From: Octopus sinensis
Taxonomy: Eukaryota
Direction of reading: 5' to 3'
Length of the DNA: 64,000 nucleotides
NCBI RefSeq assembly: GCF_006345805.1
Contig: NC_043016.1
Location: 26,040,001 to 26,104,000, forward strand
In this document: positions 1 through 11,950 of the stretch, in pieces
Layout of the letters: each line of letters opens with the position of its first letter
Numbering within the stretch: position 1 is the first letter of the stretch
The notes under the pieces: model-generated
Databases searched by the model: none
What the model was told of the DNA's origin: nothing
The model's input: only the letters and a program-made list of their open reading frames with translations
Made by a program: the position numbers and the translations under genes

Positions 1-235
1 ATCACCCGGCGTTGCTCGGGTTTGTAAGGGAAATGCGGAAAAATGATGGTAATTTTTTTTTTAAATCGTAGACTCATCATAGACGCGCGCTAATACCCAG
101 AAGAGCTCGATATGAATCACGACTATAAGATACCCGCTTTTGGTTAAACTGAACTGCAAAATGTGGGAGTAGTTAGGAATCTAAATCGGAGTAGACAGAC
201 ACTCACACACACAACTTCAGTTTTATATATAAAGA
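1..235 (-). mobile_element. Short non-autonomous Helitron-like element (3' end runs off window start)
   Basis: On the - strand it starts TCTTTATATATAAAACTG after an A and ends in a CCCGAGCAACGCCGGG hairpin. The same terminal motifs occur in the 45495-47297 element. Confidence 0.65.
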
Positions 236-519
236 TAAAAAATATTGCTTTATATTTATGATTCGCTTCTTTAAAAAGGCTTCCCATTGTCAACTTCTGT
301 ATCAACGTGAAATCGGCGAAGACTCTCAGTCTCTCTATTTTAATGTTCGCTATTTATAAACAACTACGATAAATTATTGAAAGAAATATTTACAAAGTTC
401 ACGAATTTAAATATTCGGTACAGGATAGTTTTTAACATGCTTTTATTTATTTATTTTTAACATGCTTTTATTTATTTATACGATTTTTTCATTCCATGTT
501 TATCTCATGGTTTATATAT

Positions 520-720
520 AGTATGTATGTACACACATACATATGTATGTACGTATGTGTGTACGTATGTATGTATGTATGTGTGCGTACGTGTGTGGAT
601 GTGTATGTATGTATGTATGTATGTATATATATGTATAAGTGTGTGTATGTGTGTATATGCATGCATATATGTTGTATATATGCATATATATTATATGTAA
701 GTATGCATATATATATATAT
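520..720. repeat. Compound (TATG)/(TG)/(TA) microsatellite
   Basis: Direct reading; explains the spurious MYVCVY-type ORF. Confidence 0.9.
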
Positions 721-817
721 AATCAATATTAGGGTAGCAAAAAATTTCAATAGAAATTATTTTGCCACCAGCGGTCTAGTGAGAAAGAGGAAATAGTCAG
801 AGACTATTAATAACTTC

Positions 818-1071
818 AACAACAATTGAGGAACGGCTATAATAGGCCGTTCGACCCACTAGAAATAGCAGCCAGGGCTCCAACCGCAAATAGTAGTAAT
901 TCCGAAATCAGAGGAAAAATTTTTTAAATTAAAAAAATTAAAAAAAATTAAAAAGGTTAATGTTTTTTTAATTTTTCCTCTGATTTCGGAATTACTACTA
1001 TTTGCGGTTGGAGCCCTGGCTGCTATTTCTAGTGGGTCGAACGGTCTATTATAGCTGTTCCTCAATTGTTG

Positions 1072-1073
<2 letters not shown>
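818..1073. repeat. Foldback inverted repeat, 104 bp arms (818-921 / 970-1073), MITE-like
   Basis: AACAACAATTGAGGAAC...GAGGAAAAATT is the reverse complement of AATTTTTCCTC...CCTCAATTGTTGTT with 2 mismatches. Confidence 0.9.
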
Positions 1074-1106
<33 letters not shown>

Positions 1107-1110
<4 letters not shown>

Positions 1111-2590
1111 TATACAAGGGGGTGCTGAAAAGTTCCTGGCTTTGGGTAAAACAAACTGCAGGAAGAGGTTCAGTTACTTATAATATAATTCAATACATTC
1201 CCCTCTCAGATTCACACATTGCAGCAGACCTTCTGTTTTTCTAAAGCCCTGTAAAAATACTTGGAAAGTTGGGCCTCCAGCCAGGTCTTTTATGATACCC
1301 TGAAAACCAGTAACTTTTCAGCACCCCTCATATGTATGTTTAATTAATGAAGCATTATTAGATGAATTATTGCATGATATTTATGGTTAAAATTGAAATT
1401 GCTCAATAGGTCTATGTGTGGCTGTATGGTTAAGAAGTTTACATTGCAACCACTTGAGTTCAGTCTTGCTGCCTGTCACCTTTTACTATAGCCCGGGATG
1501 ACTAAAACTTTGTGAGTGGATTTGGTAGATGAAAACTGAAAGACCTTGTGTGTGTGTGTGTTTGTGGTTGTGTTTCCTTGTTTTAACATTGACAGTACAT
1601 GTCAATGCCAAACAAGCAGTGTCATTCATTTCCAATATTCTTCGAAAGCATGTCTGGCCATGGAAAAGTATTATCTTGCTGGAAATGGGAAAACTAATTG
1701 GTGACTGGTAAGCCATCTGACCATTGAAAATCTGCACCATTAAACTCTGTCTGATTTATGAAAGTATGGAAAAATGGGTGTTTGGTCAATGATGATGATG
1801 TTGCTGATATATGTATACATATATATATATATAATATATATATATATATGTACATATACAAGGGGGTGCTGAAAAGTTCCTGGCTTTGGGTAAAACAAAC
1901 TGCAGGAAGAGGTTCAGTTACTTATAATATAATTCAATACATTCCCCTCTCAGATTCACACATTGCAGCAGACCTTCTGTTTTTCTAAAGCCCTGTAAAA
2001 ATACTTGGAAAGTTGGCCTCCAGCCAGGTCTTTTATGATACCCTGAAAACCAGTAACTTTTCAGCACCCCTCATATGTATGTTTAATTAATGAAGCATTA
2101 TTAGATGAATTATTGCATGATATTTATGGTTAAAATTGAAATTGCTCAATAGGTCTATGTGTGGCTGTATGGTTAAGAAGTTTACATTGCAACCACTTGA
2201 GTTCAGTCTTGCTGCCTGTCACCTTTTACTATAGCCGGGATGACTAAAACTTTGTGAGTGGATTTGGTAGATGAAAACTGAAAGACCTTGTGTGTGTGTG
2301 TGTTTGTGGTTGTGTTTCCTTGTTTTAACATTGACAGTACATGTCAATGCCAAACAAGCAGTGTCATTCATTTCCAATATTCTTCGAAAGCATGTCTGGC
2401 CATGGAAAAGTATTATCTTGCTGGAAATGGGAAAACTAATTGGTGACTGGTAAGCCATCTGACCATTGAAAATCTGCACCATTAAACTCTGTCTGATTTA
2501 TGAAAGTATGGAAAAATGGGTGTTTGGTCAATGATGATGATGTTGCTGATATATGTATACATATATATATATATTATATATATATATATA
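1107..2590. repeat. Near-identical tandem duplication, ~743 bp unit
   Basis: Offset 744->742. The differences I saw are two 1-bp homopolymer indels (GGGCC/GGCC, GCCCGGG/GCCGGG). Boundaries lie in (TA)n tracts. Confidence 0.92.
1113..1332. mobile_element. Mariner-type MITE (second copy at ~1857-2075)
   Basis: TA-flanked TIRs CAAGGGGGTGCTGAAAAGTT ... AACTTTTCAGCACCCCTCA. Confidence 0.75.
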
Positions 2591-2592
2591 TA

Positions 2593-2937
2593 TTACGGAG
2601 ATGTACTCGCATAGCAAGTAATTTGATCTGAGATCGTGTGCTGAAACGAAAACAATTGCAGTGTGGAAGGTGTTTATAAGCCATTTAAGAAACGCACAAA
2701 AGCCGTTCGATTCACTTCAACATTTAAGTTTAATTTGTCAAAATATTTTCATCGCTAAAATCCGCGACCTGTTCACTGACAAAGTCCGAGATGCAGCACG
2801 GACTTTGTCAGTGAACAGGTCGCGGATTTTAACGACGAAAATATTTTGACAAATTAAACTTAAATGTTGAAGTGAATCGAACGGCTTTTGTGTGTTTCTT
2901 AAATGGCTTATAAACACCTTCCATGCTGCAATTGTTT
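2593..2937 (+). mobile_element. Foldback element inserted in (TA)n; 139 bp arms (2650-2788 / 2799-2937) plus ~57 bp unique end
   Basis: Arms are reverse complements around a 10 nt loop. An inverted second copy lies at 24360-24702 and a remnant near 33250-33300. Confidence 0.85.
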
Positions 2938-3167
2938 ATATATATATATATATAATATATATATATATACTTTATTTAAAGCAGAGTCTGGAATGAATTG
3001 ATATATCGGTTCCATTCTAGCAAAAACTGTCTGATGAACGGCAACGAGAAACTCAGAGTAACAGATTTGTTGAATTTTCTGCTGCTTTAAATAAAGCATA
3101 TTACTCTACCACTGGTATTTGAATACTCTTTTTTTCCACCTTGTTTCACATTTATGTGTTTACTCCG

Positions 3168-3204
<37 letters not shown>

Positions 3205-3230
3205 AATTTGTGTGTTTCATGTCTTTTCAG

Positions 3231-3326
3231 TTGATGCAAAACAAAGCCAATATAAATGCAATTAATGAACACGGAAACACACCTCTACACTATGCTTGTT
3301 TTTGGAACTATGGTGATATATCACAG
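3231..3326 (+). CDS. ILK: Integrin-linked kinase exon (ankyrin repeat) [32 protein letters not shown]
   Basis: ttttcag acceptor and gtaaat donor, phase 0/0; matches ILK [14 protein letters not shown]. Confidence 0.96.
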
Positions 3327-4244
3327 GTAAATAAAAATCTATAATTTTATGCATTTTTTTTAATTATCTGATCTAAATGTATTATTTATTCATCAAGTTA
3401 AGTTTCCTTATGCTTGTCCACATCTCTGTGCTCTAATTGTCAAGTTTATTTTTTAATGTGAGCTAATGGGATAATATGGATTAGTCAAATAATAAATTAA
3501 ATGGATGGTCACTATTATAGGATAATAATTTGGAAACTTGGAAATTTAGCCGGCATAAAACTTAATCATTTTACTATTAGCTAATTGCATTGTTCTGTAA
3601 TAATGGTTTCAAAGTTTGGTACAAGGCCAGGAATTTGGAGGGCATGGTTAAGTTGATCACATTGACCCCAGTATCCAACTGGTACTTATTTTATTGGCAC
3701 CAAAAGGATGAAAAGCAACGTCCACCTTGGCAGAATGTGAACACGGACTGTTAAGACGGATGAAATACTGCTGAGCATTTTGCCCGGCATGCTAATGATT
3801 CTGCCGCATCACCATCTTATCACTTTTCTGTTTTAATAGTTAAGAAAATTAGAGGCACTAGCATGACTGTGTGCTTAAGAAGTTTACTTTACAATAACTT
3901 GACTTCAAGTTCAGTTCCAATGCTCAGTATCTTAACTATTACCCCAGACCATCTAATGCCCTTTGAATAAATTTGATTGAGGGGGAAACCCTAGTAAGTT
4001 GATGTATGTTCACAGAAAGACATATGAAGTTACTCGATTTGACAAACAAGTGTTTATTTAAGACTTTGTAATAAATTATTCCCTCTAATTACTCCTGCTC
4101 AATTTTCTAAAGAATCTTCTTACTCTTCAAGCACTTTGTACTCACTGCCCATATTTCATTGTCATATGCTATCATATATATATTATATACACTCCGTATT
4201 GTTCTCTACATACAACACTACAAATCTTGTACATATATTAATTT

Positions 4245-4475
4245 AGTCCTTATTGCCCACAGGGGCTAAACATAGAGGGGACAAACAAGGACAGACAAAG
4301 GGATTAAGTCAATTTCATTGACCCTAGCGTGTAACTGGTACTTAATTTATTGGCCCCGAAAGGATGAAAGCCAAAGTTGACGTCAATGGAATTTGAACTC
4401 AGAATGTAACGGCAGATGAAATACCGCTAAGCATTTTGCCCAGCATACTAATGATTCTGCCAACTCGCCACCTTT
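4245..4475 (-). mobile_element. SINE family B copy (GAGCTGGCAG...CTGAGTTCAAATTCC...GGGCAATAAAGAAAT). Other copies at ~3620-3810, 12160-12350, 12720-12860, 28350-28510, 29270-29475, 39400-39620
   Basis: Recurrent sequence with a B-box-like GAGTTCAAATTCC. Confidence 0.8.
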
Positions 4476-5184
4476 GTAATTTAATCCTGCTCACTTGCTT
4501 TACATTCCCCTACATTTTCCACGCAACTCATAAAACTTCTTTACGTTCATTATACATTTTACACTGACATACAACAGCACATCTTCTTTGCTTGTCATGT
4601 CATCATCTATATTCATGTCATGCACCATCAAACATTTCACATAATCTTCCATATATTTACTGTTGACATGTCAAATATAGTCATTTTTGCTTGTATATAC
4701 TATATTAGAATTTCTATTGACAAGACTACTCAAGACTTCTTACTATCTTAAATACCTGCCACAATGCTAAGAGTAGAGTGAATCCACACTATAGTCATGT
4801 TATTTAGATGGTGTAGAACCTAATACCTCTAGTGAACTATCAGAGTTCTCCATAGTCTTCAATCAATGGTTAGTAATAATTATAGCTATTTTATTGCATC
4901 TTGTGTAACAAAAGAATCTGATAGCCTGTCAGATAATCAAGTAAATTTAATTCCTTTTAATGATATATACAAAAAGCTTGTCATAGTCACCTGGGAAAAT
5001 ATGTAAATGTTCAATACAAGTGGGGAAGTAAAGGAATTTGATTAGTATAATCAGAATATGATTCTCACATTTTGATAGATGAATGAAAGACAAGATAAAC
5101 TGAATAGAAATCTGTTAATTAGTAACCTATATAATTTCTGAGAGATGTCTCTTTTATGAATGACACACCTGTAAAGTACTCTTC

Positions 5185-5480
5185 TGAAGTGGTTAATGTA
5201 TTCGGCCCATGATTGTAAGATCATGAGTTCGATCACTGGTAGTACATTGTGTCCTTGAGCAAGACACTTTATTTCACGTTGTTCCATCTCATTCAGCTGG
5301 CAAAAATGAGCTGTACTTGTATTTCAAAGGGCCAACCATGTCACATTCTGTGTCATGCTGAGTCTCTCTTAAGAACTATATTATGGGCTCCTATGTCTGT
5401 GGAGTACTCAGCCACTTGCACATTAATTTCACAAGCAAGCTATTCCAATTGATTGGAACCCTAGTCATTGTCACCAACAG
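5185..5480 (+). mobile_element. tRNA-headed SINE family D copy. Others at ~34680-34950, 44155-44650, 54335-54640
   Basis: GTGGTTA..GTTCGATC head plus the recurrent body CCTTGTCACATTCTGTGTCATGCTGAATCTC. Confidence 0.7.
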
Positions 5481-6343
5481 AGTGCCAGTTATATATAGTG
5501 GTGGTGGAGGTAGTAATACTGTTTAGTCCCAGATCAGCTCCGATTAATCAAACCTATGATAAAAGATGTAACAATCCATTCATTTTGTATACCATGGACT
5601 ATTTTGTTCAGAGTTTCCTTCATTTTTTTTTCTAAAATGAAGTGTGGGTTTGGAGAGATTTGGTTGCTGTGTCTAACAGGTTGAGGTTCCCTTGTTGACT
5701 GATGGGACAGAGGATAGTACTGGTGGTGGTAGTGGTAGTCATTATTACATACAGCTGCTAGCTCCTGTGAACATTTAAAGGATTAATACACCAACAACAG
5801 GATGTATAGTTTTCATAATTATATGTAGATGTGTTTCATAAAAGAGAGTTCATCTGTTTATACTTAAGACTGTTAGCTTACAATTTGGGTTTCATTAATT
5901 TCATCTCATCTTCGTTTTGTATTGGTATACATTGGACAACCTATCAGTTATCTATTATTTAGTCACACTAGCTGACCCTATGCCATCAAAAATGACAGCT
6001 AATTGTAGTATTTTATATATAAATAAGATACAAAATAAGGTACATAATAATCACTCATACAAACATTCGCATACTTCCCTTGTACACACACACACACACA
6101 TACATATGTGGTGCACCTGAGCACTGTATACAATAATTTCATTATTATATACTCACAGAGTTGAAACATTGATTTTTTTCACCCCTTCCTTCCTTATTCA
6201 TCTATCACCCCTTCCTTTCTCTCATTGCTATTACTTTCTCTCACTCCCTCTCAGTCAAGGGCTATTACTCTTACTACTTCTCCTTCACTGGATTACTATT
6301 TTCTCTCCTCCCCTGTGTCCAGTGTGATTCTGGACAAATATAT

Positions 6344-6730
6344 ACTCTTTTACTTATTTCAGTCATTTGACTGCGGCCATGCTGGAGCACCACCTTCAGT
6401 CGAGGAAATCGACCCCAGGACTTATTCTTTGGAAGCCTAGTACTTATTCTATCAGTCACTTTTGCCAAACCGCTAAGTTACGGGGACGTAAGCACACCAG
6501 CATCAGTTGTCAAGCGATGTTGGGGGGGGACAAACACAAATACACACACACATATATATACATATACATATATACGACAGGCTTCTTCCAGTTTCCATCT
6601 ACCAACTCTACTCACAAGACTTTGGTCAGCCCGAGGCTATAGTAGAAGACACTTGTCCAAGGTGCCACGCAGTGGGACTGAACCCAGAACTATGTGGTTG
6701 GTAAGCAAGCTACTTACCACAGAGACACTC
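6344..6730 (-). mobile_element. tRNA-derived SINE family A copy
   Basis: Reverse complement of the family A sequence seen at 37169-37560. Confidence 0.85.
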
Positions 6731-7128
6731 TACATATACGCAAATATATAAAAACATTATGCTCATTCTTATATTAGGAGATTGTATGTGTGCTAGTAAG
6801 CACACATACAGTTGCTGGAATGGTAATTAATTGACACATTTACAAACCATGCTTGCCTAGAAAATAAGAAATTATTATTTTTAACCATTTTGCTAGCATA
6901 TTTCTGCTGAAATTATCACTTGCTTTGTTTCTGTTAATTTTGAAAATAATGAAGAATTTAGTATAATAGTTCTGTTGTTTTTAAATTTTGGAACATAAAT
7001 TAACACGAAATTTTGATGGAAGGTTTTAATTCAGATTACTTTAGAAAAGTAAGTTTAGGGTGGTCTCAGGTGGATTGGTATCAGGTGAATGGTTGAAAAG
7101 TAATGTTGTTTGATAATTTAAATTGCAG

Positions 7129-7225
7129 GATCTTCTTAATATGGGAGCCCAGTTAGGCATTGCAAATATCTTTGATGAAACACCTTTGGATAAAGCAAGA
7201 CCAGCTCTCAGACAAGTTTTAAAAG
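7129..7225 (+). CDS. ILK: ILK exon DLLNMGAQLGIANIFDETPLDKARPALRQVLK
   Basis: aattgcag / gtattc, phase 0/1; matches [31 protein letters not shown]. Confidence 0.95.
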
Positions 7226-7519
7226 GTATTCACTTTGTGTTGTTTTTTTAATTTATTTTTCATGTATTAAAAACCATGAGTTTTTGGCTTTTACCTTGTT
7301 TAAGCATTAAAAAAACTGTCATTATCATTGTTGTCATCATCATCATTTTGATGACTACTTCTCCATGCTTGCATGGGTCACTTCTGAGATTTTAGATTGA
7401 CAGTGATTGTTGTACCATTTCATCTGTTAATTTTTCATCACGCACGCATACACAAACAAATACAGAGAGAGAGACAGACAGACAGAGAGAGTCATTTCTT
7501 CACTTTGATTCATCATTCT

Positions 7520-7734
7520 TTAACCCTTTAGTATTCAGATTGCTCTGAATACACATTATTTTGCATTAATCATGGATTATCTCATAGTTTTGAGACTTCG
7601 ATGCATGGTTGTTTAATTTTAGAGTGACATTGTAGGGTAGGTGTGAGAGGCCAGATCTGAACAGTTTGATACATAAAATTGGTTTGATACCTAAACTTGG
7701 GCCAAATTTGGCTGGTTTAAATGCTAAAGGTTTA
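7520..7734. mobile_element. piggyBac-like MITE (TTAA + CCCTTTAG TIR). Copies at 16462-16674, 26123-26350, 57637-57862
   Basis: TTAACCCTTTAG...AATGCTAAAGGGTTAA-type termini and a shared internal CACACCTACCCTACAATGTCA. Confidence 0.75.
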
Positions 7735-7812
7735 CAGTTCAACTGCACAATCAAAATATTTACATTTCCATATATTTACAGTTATTATTTTTACTTTTTT
7801 TTTTCTCTTTAG

Positions 7813-7893
7813 ACCGTGCTGTTGAATTAGCTCGAGATCTAAAGAAGATTCCTTTCAAAGATCGAAGTTGGCTTGGTAGTAAAACCCGCAGTC
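7813..7893 (+). CDS. ILK: ILK exon (D)RAVELARDLKKIPFKDRSWLGSKTRS
   Basis: ctctttag / gtaagt, phase 1/1; matches RIPYKDTFWKGTTRTR. Confidence 0.95.
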
Positions 7894-8264
7894 GTAAGTA
7901 TTATATTGCATCTGACCACAACACATTTTTGTCTTCTGTCTTAAATAATCACAAACTTTCAAACTGTTGTTTCATACCAAGAGATATTTAAAAATAGTTA
8001 AAATAAATCATAGAAAATACCATAAACATAGTTATATGTTTTTTACTTGTAAGGAATCATCATTATTGGATTGGTAAAGTTATTAAGTGTGTCAGACAAA
8101 ATATCTTCCTGCATTTTTTCTGGCTCTATGTTCTGGGTTTGGATCCCACCAAAGTCAGCTTTGTCTATCATCATTCTAGGGCTGATAGAAATTATGTGCA
8201 AGTAATGTACTGGAGTCAAATGATATTGACTAGCTTCCTCACCTAAATTTCAGGCTTTGTACAC

Positions 8265-8670
8265 AGGCTTACGAGTGGCTGTGTGGTAAGTAGCTTGCTT
8301 ACCAACCACGTGGTTCCAGGTTCAGTCCCACTGCATAGCACCTTGAGCAAGTGTCTTCTACTGTGGCCTTGGGCTGACCAAAGCCATGTGAGTGGATTTG
8401 GTAGACGGAAACTGAAAGAAGCCCGTCGTATATATGTGTATATGTGTGTATATATATATATGTGTGTGTGTGTATGTTTGTGTGTCTGTGTTTGTCACCC
8501 CAACATCACTTGACAACCGATGCTGGTGTGTTTACATCCCCGTAACTTAGCGGTTCGGCAAATGAGACAGGTAGAATAAGTACTAGGCTTACAAAGAATA
8601 AGTTCTGGAGTCGATTTGCTCAACATGGCCACAATCAAAATGACTGAAACAAGTAAAAGAGTAAAAGAGT
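8265..8670 (+). mobile_element. SINE family A copy
   Basis: GTGGCTGTGTGGTAAGTAGCTTGCTTACCAACC...TGACTGAAACAAGTAAAAGA. Confidence 0.85.
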
Positions 8671-8914
8671 ATATGCTAGAAAATAATTATTTTTATTGAA
8701 AGTAAAAAAAGTGCTTGAAACTGGAGATAAGAATTTTTCTAAGTGAGATTTAGTATTTAGGTATTTATGTTTTATTAGTAATTTGACTGAAGAGTTAGAG
8801 GTTGTATATTGTTTAGCTGTTATTCTAAATGCTAGCGATTAAAAAATCTACTGCATTAACATTAGAAATTGTTTCAATTCATTTATTGATGTAAAATTAT
8901 CTTCAACTTTTCAG

Positions 8915-9000
8915 GAGATGCTACATTATCCAGATACACTGGTATTAAGTGTTCGCAACTGAAGCTTGCACATGTACTTGCCAACACCCATTCAGGACGT
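8915..9000 (+). CDS. ILK: ILK exon (R)DATLSRYTGIKCSQLKLAHVLANTHSGR
   Basis: ttttcag / gtaagt, phase 1/0; contains the degenerate Gly-loop equivalent of NENHSG. Confidence 0.95.
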
Positions 9001-10202
9001 GTAAGTATTAACTTAACTATTAAAATCCAAGGTAAATTTGATTTTTATGGGTTTTGTCAGAAGGATGGCACAATCACTTTGATGTTGATGTGATTAGTGT
9101 TGCCAAAGTTTGGAATTTGATGTCTGTAAAACAAAAAACTTTGTCAAGAAGGGAATTTCAGTGGGATGCTGATATTGAGAGTGGGTATGCAAGTAACAAG
9201 TTCTGATGATCAGAAGCTTTTGTTGTAGCAGTAGAAGATATAGAGTTAGGAGTCTACAACATTATGAAGCCTGGCCTTGTGAGTGGATTTCACAGATGGA
9301 AACTGAAAGACTCTCGGTGTGTGTATGTGCATGACAGGCTTCTCTTTGGTTGGCGTCTTCCCAGTCTACTCACAAGGTTTTTGATTGATTTGGAGTTGTA
9401 GTAGAAGACACTTGCCAAAGTTGCTATGCAATGGGGCTGAAAATGAAAGCACATGGTTCGCAAGCAAGCTTCTTTATTAAAATTTTTTCAGAAATGCTAA
9501 TTATAATTTGTGATTAAGACACATGATCTTTAGCCCACCTCTGTATATTAGTGGCTGGACTCATTTTGAAACCACCATGCCTGAAACCTCCAGTACAAAA
9601 CCTCTCAATTTAAAAATTTCATATTCAAATTTAACTTAATCATAATTTCATCTAAGACCATCTTTTTTATCTTGTTCCAAAGAACAACAGAATGTTATCA
9701 TCATCACAATTGTCATTTCAATGCCCATTTTCCATGCTCAGATGAGATGGGTCAGACACAATTTGTTGAGGCAGATTTTTTTTCTATGAAGATACCCTTC
9801 TTGCCACCAAGCCCTACCTATTTCCAAGTAAGGTCATATTTCCACATGACTAGACATGTTTTTCATAGAAGATTAAGAGCAAAGGACACCACTTGCTTGT
9901 CACTTGTTTACAACTATCATGTGATGTCGAAGCAAAGAGACAGTTACACACACACACACATCTATATGACAGGTTTCTTTCAGTTTGTCTGCCAAATCCA
10001 CTCACAAGGCTTTAATCGACCTGGGACTATAGTAGAAGACATCTACCCCATACTGGCCAAAATATTAATTATTTTGATATATCTTTGCAAATTCTTGATT
10101 ATTTACATAACAATGTAATGAATGGTATTAGAAATATGCTAATGAAAACATTAAGTTAATGCAATTAATGGTCACAACTGTTTGATTTTGTTTTTATTTT
10201 AG

Positions 10203-10312
10203 ACATTGCAAGGTGTTTGGCAGGGGAGTGAAATTGTGGCCAAAGAATTAAAACTGAGAGAGTGTACTTTAAGAATGTCTCGTGATTTTCAAGAAGAATT
10301 TCCTCGATTAAG
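10203..10312 (+). CDS. ILK: ILK exon [36 protein letters not shown](R)
   Basis: ttttag / gtaagg, phase 0/2; VAK lysine (human K220 equivalent) and SRDFxEExPRLR. Confidence 0.96.
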
Positions 10313-11199
10313 GTAAGGATCAGAATCCCAAAGTTCCTGCTATAAATGCTTCCAAATAAATGCATTTTTTAATATCTTATAGAAGATTAAGTTGCACAAA
10401 TTATTTGAACTTTTATTACACTCACTTGCTAGTTATATATTGTTTTAGAAATATAGCATACACTTAGAATATGTCAAGGAACTTACAAAGTTTTATTGAG
10501 AATGGAAAAATTATAGAATTATGCAGAATCAATTTCCAATATGGGCCCGAAGTTTGCTGCCTTATTTGTACACTATTCTTATCATCCACATCATCATCAC
10601 CATCACTGTCATTCTTTCTATTATTCTTTTAGTGGTTTCAGTCATAGGAATGTGACCATGCTGGAGCACTGCTTTAATTTATTTTCTTTGTCTTGTTGTT
10701 GCTTTATGACTAGAAGTTGGGCTATGACTGAGTTTGTAGTAGCTGATCTTCCATGAGTGAATCTTTGAATGATTTGTTTGTCTAGTATCATTGTTAGGAG
10801 TTTATCCAGTGTTTTTTTTTTTTAATGTTTCACTTGAGACCCATCTTATATTTCTGATTTCTTATGGGAGGTGGTTGAACAATTGGGAACTAAATATCAG
10901 ACAAGTACAATAATGTTTTTTGCTCATGATTTCGAAGGGAGTATATTTGGAAGCTGATAGTATCTACCTGTTCATGTATCATCACCATCATTTTGACATC
11001 CATTATTTTCCTTGCTGGTAAAGGTTGAATGCTGTAATCCCACATATTATCACTCCAGTAAAGTCCCACTCAAGTACTGGGGTCAATGGTATTAACTAAC
11101 CCCTTTTCTCTCAAAATTACCAGTCTTGTGCCTGAATTAGTAACCATTATTTTAGTAACTATGCATCTCAACACTGTGTTTGTGACTAATGCTGTTATT

Positions 11200-11950
11200 G
11201 ATGTTACTAATCCTGTATATGTGTGTTTCTTAAGTTTATCAAGCGAGAGATAACATTGATGGATGTTGTAGTGTTCTGTAGTATTGTAGATGTGTTTCAG
11301 CGATGGAGGTGACTGTACATATAGTGTCAGAGACTTTGGGGATGGAAGCTGCTTGCTGCAGCAATAAACTGTGCTCATCTCATGCCCTGGTGGTCTTTGG
11401 CTCTATTGTGCTGGTGTTCAGTGGGTATGGACTGCGTGTAGCCTGTGGTGATATGTTGTGTTCTATTTTAGAGGTTTTGTAATTTGTTGTGAATTCTAGG
11501 CAGGCTTTCAATACTCTCTGATGGATCTAATGTATTGTTTGTTTGCTAATGTTGTTGTTTCTTTCTGTTGGTCAAATACACATGGTTTTGCTTACTTTAC
11601 TATGTCTTCTCTGTGTTCCGGTAGTGTTGCAAAAATGTAACTCTTGGAATTTCTTTTCTTCTGTGTGTGTATATGTATGTATAGGGTATGTTTATTATCA
11701 TTGAGTGGGATTGTCAGTCAGTCATGATGTTCTTTGAGATTGTTGTAGAGAAGGGAGTCAGTGGATTTGGTTAGGTAATTGATTCCAAAAAAAGAGTAGG
11801 TGAAAGAATTGGACCTTGTGGTACTTCACTTGGAGAAATAACAGATATCAAATGTTCTGTTGTTATATTCTACACAGGCTTGTCAACCTGATAGATAGTT
11901 TGCTGGTCAACATTTTATATAGTAGAAGATATTGAATATTTAATCTTTAA
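11200..11950 (-). mobile_element. Decayed non-LTR retrotransposon RT fragment (CR1/L2/Jockey-like)
   Basis: The - strand near 11790-11835 reads SEVPQGPILSPTLF, resembling the GVPQGSxLSPxLF RT motif. The rest is heavily degenerate and boundaries are approximate. Confidence 0.5.

Noticed and set aside
430-480. Short direct repeat TTTTTAACATGCTTTTATTTATTTAT x2
   Set aside because: Two units only, simple slippage; not CRISPR-like.
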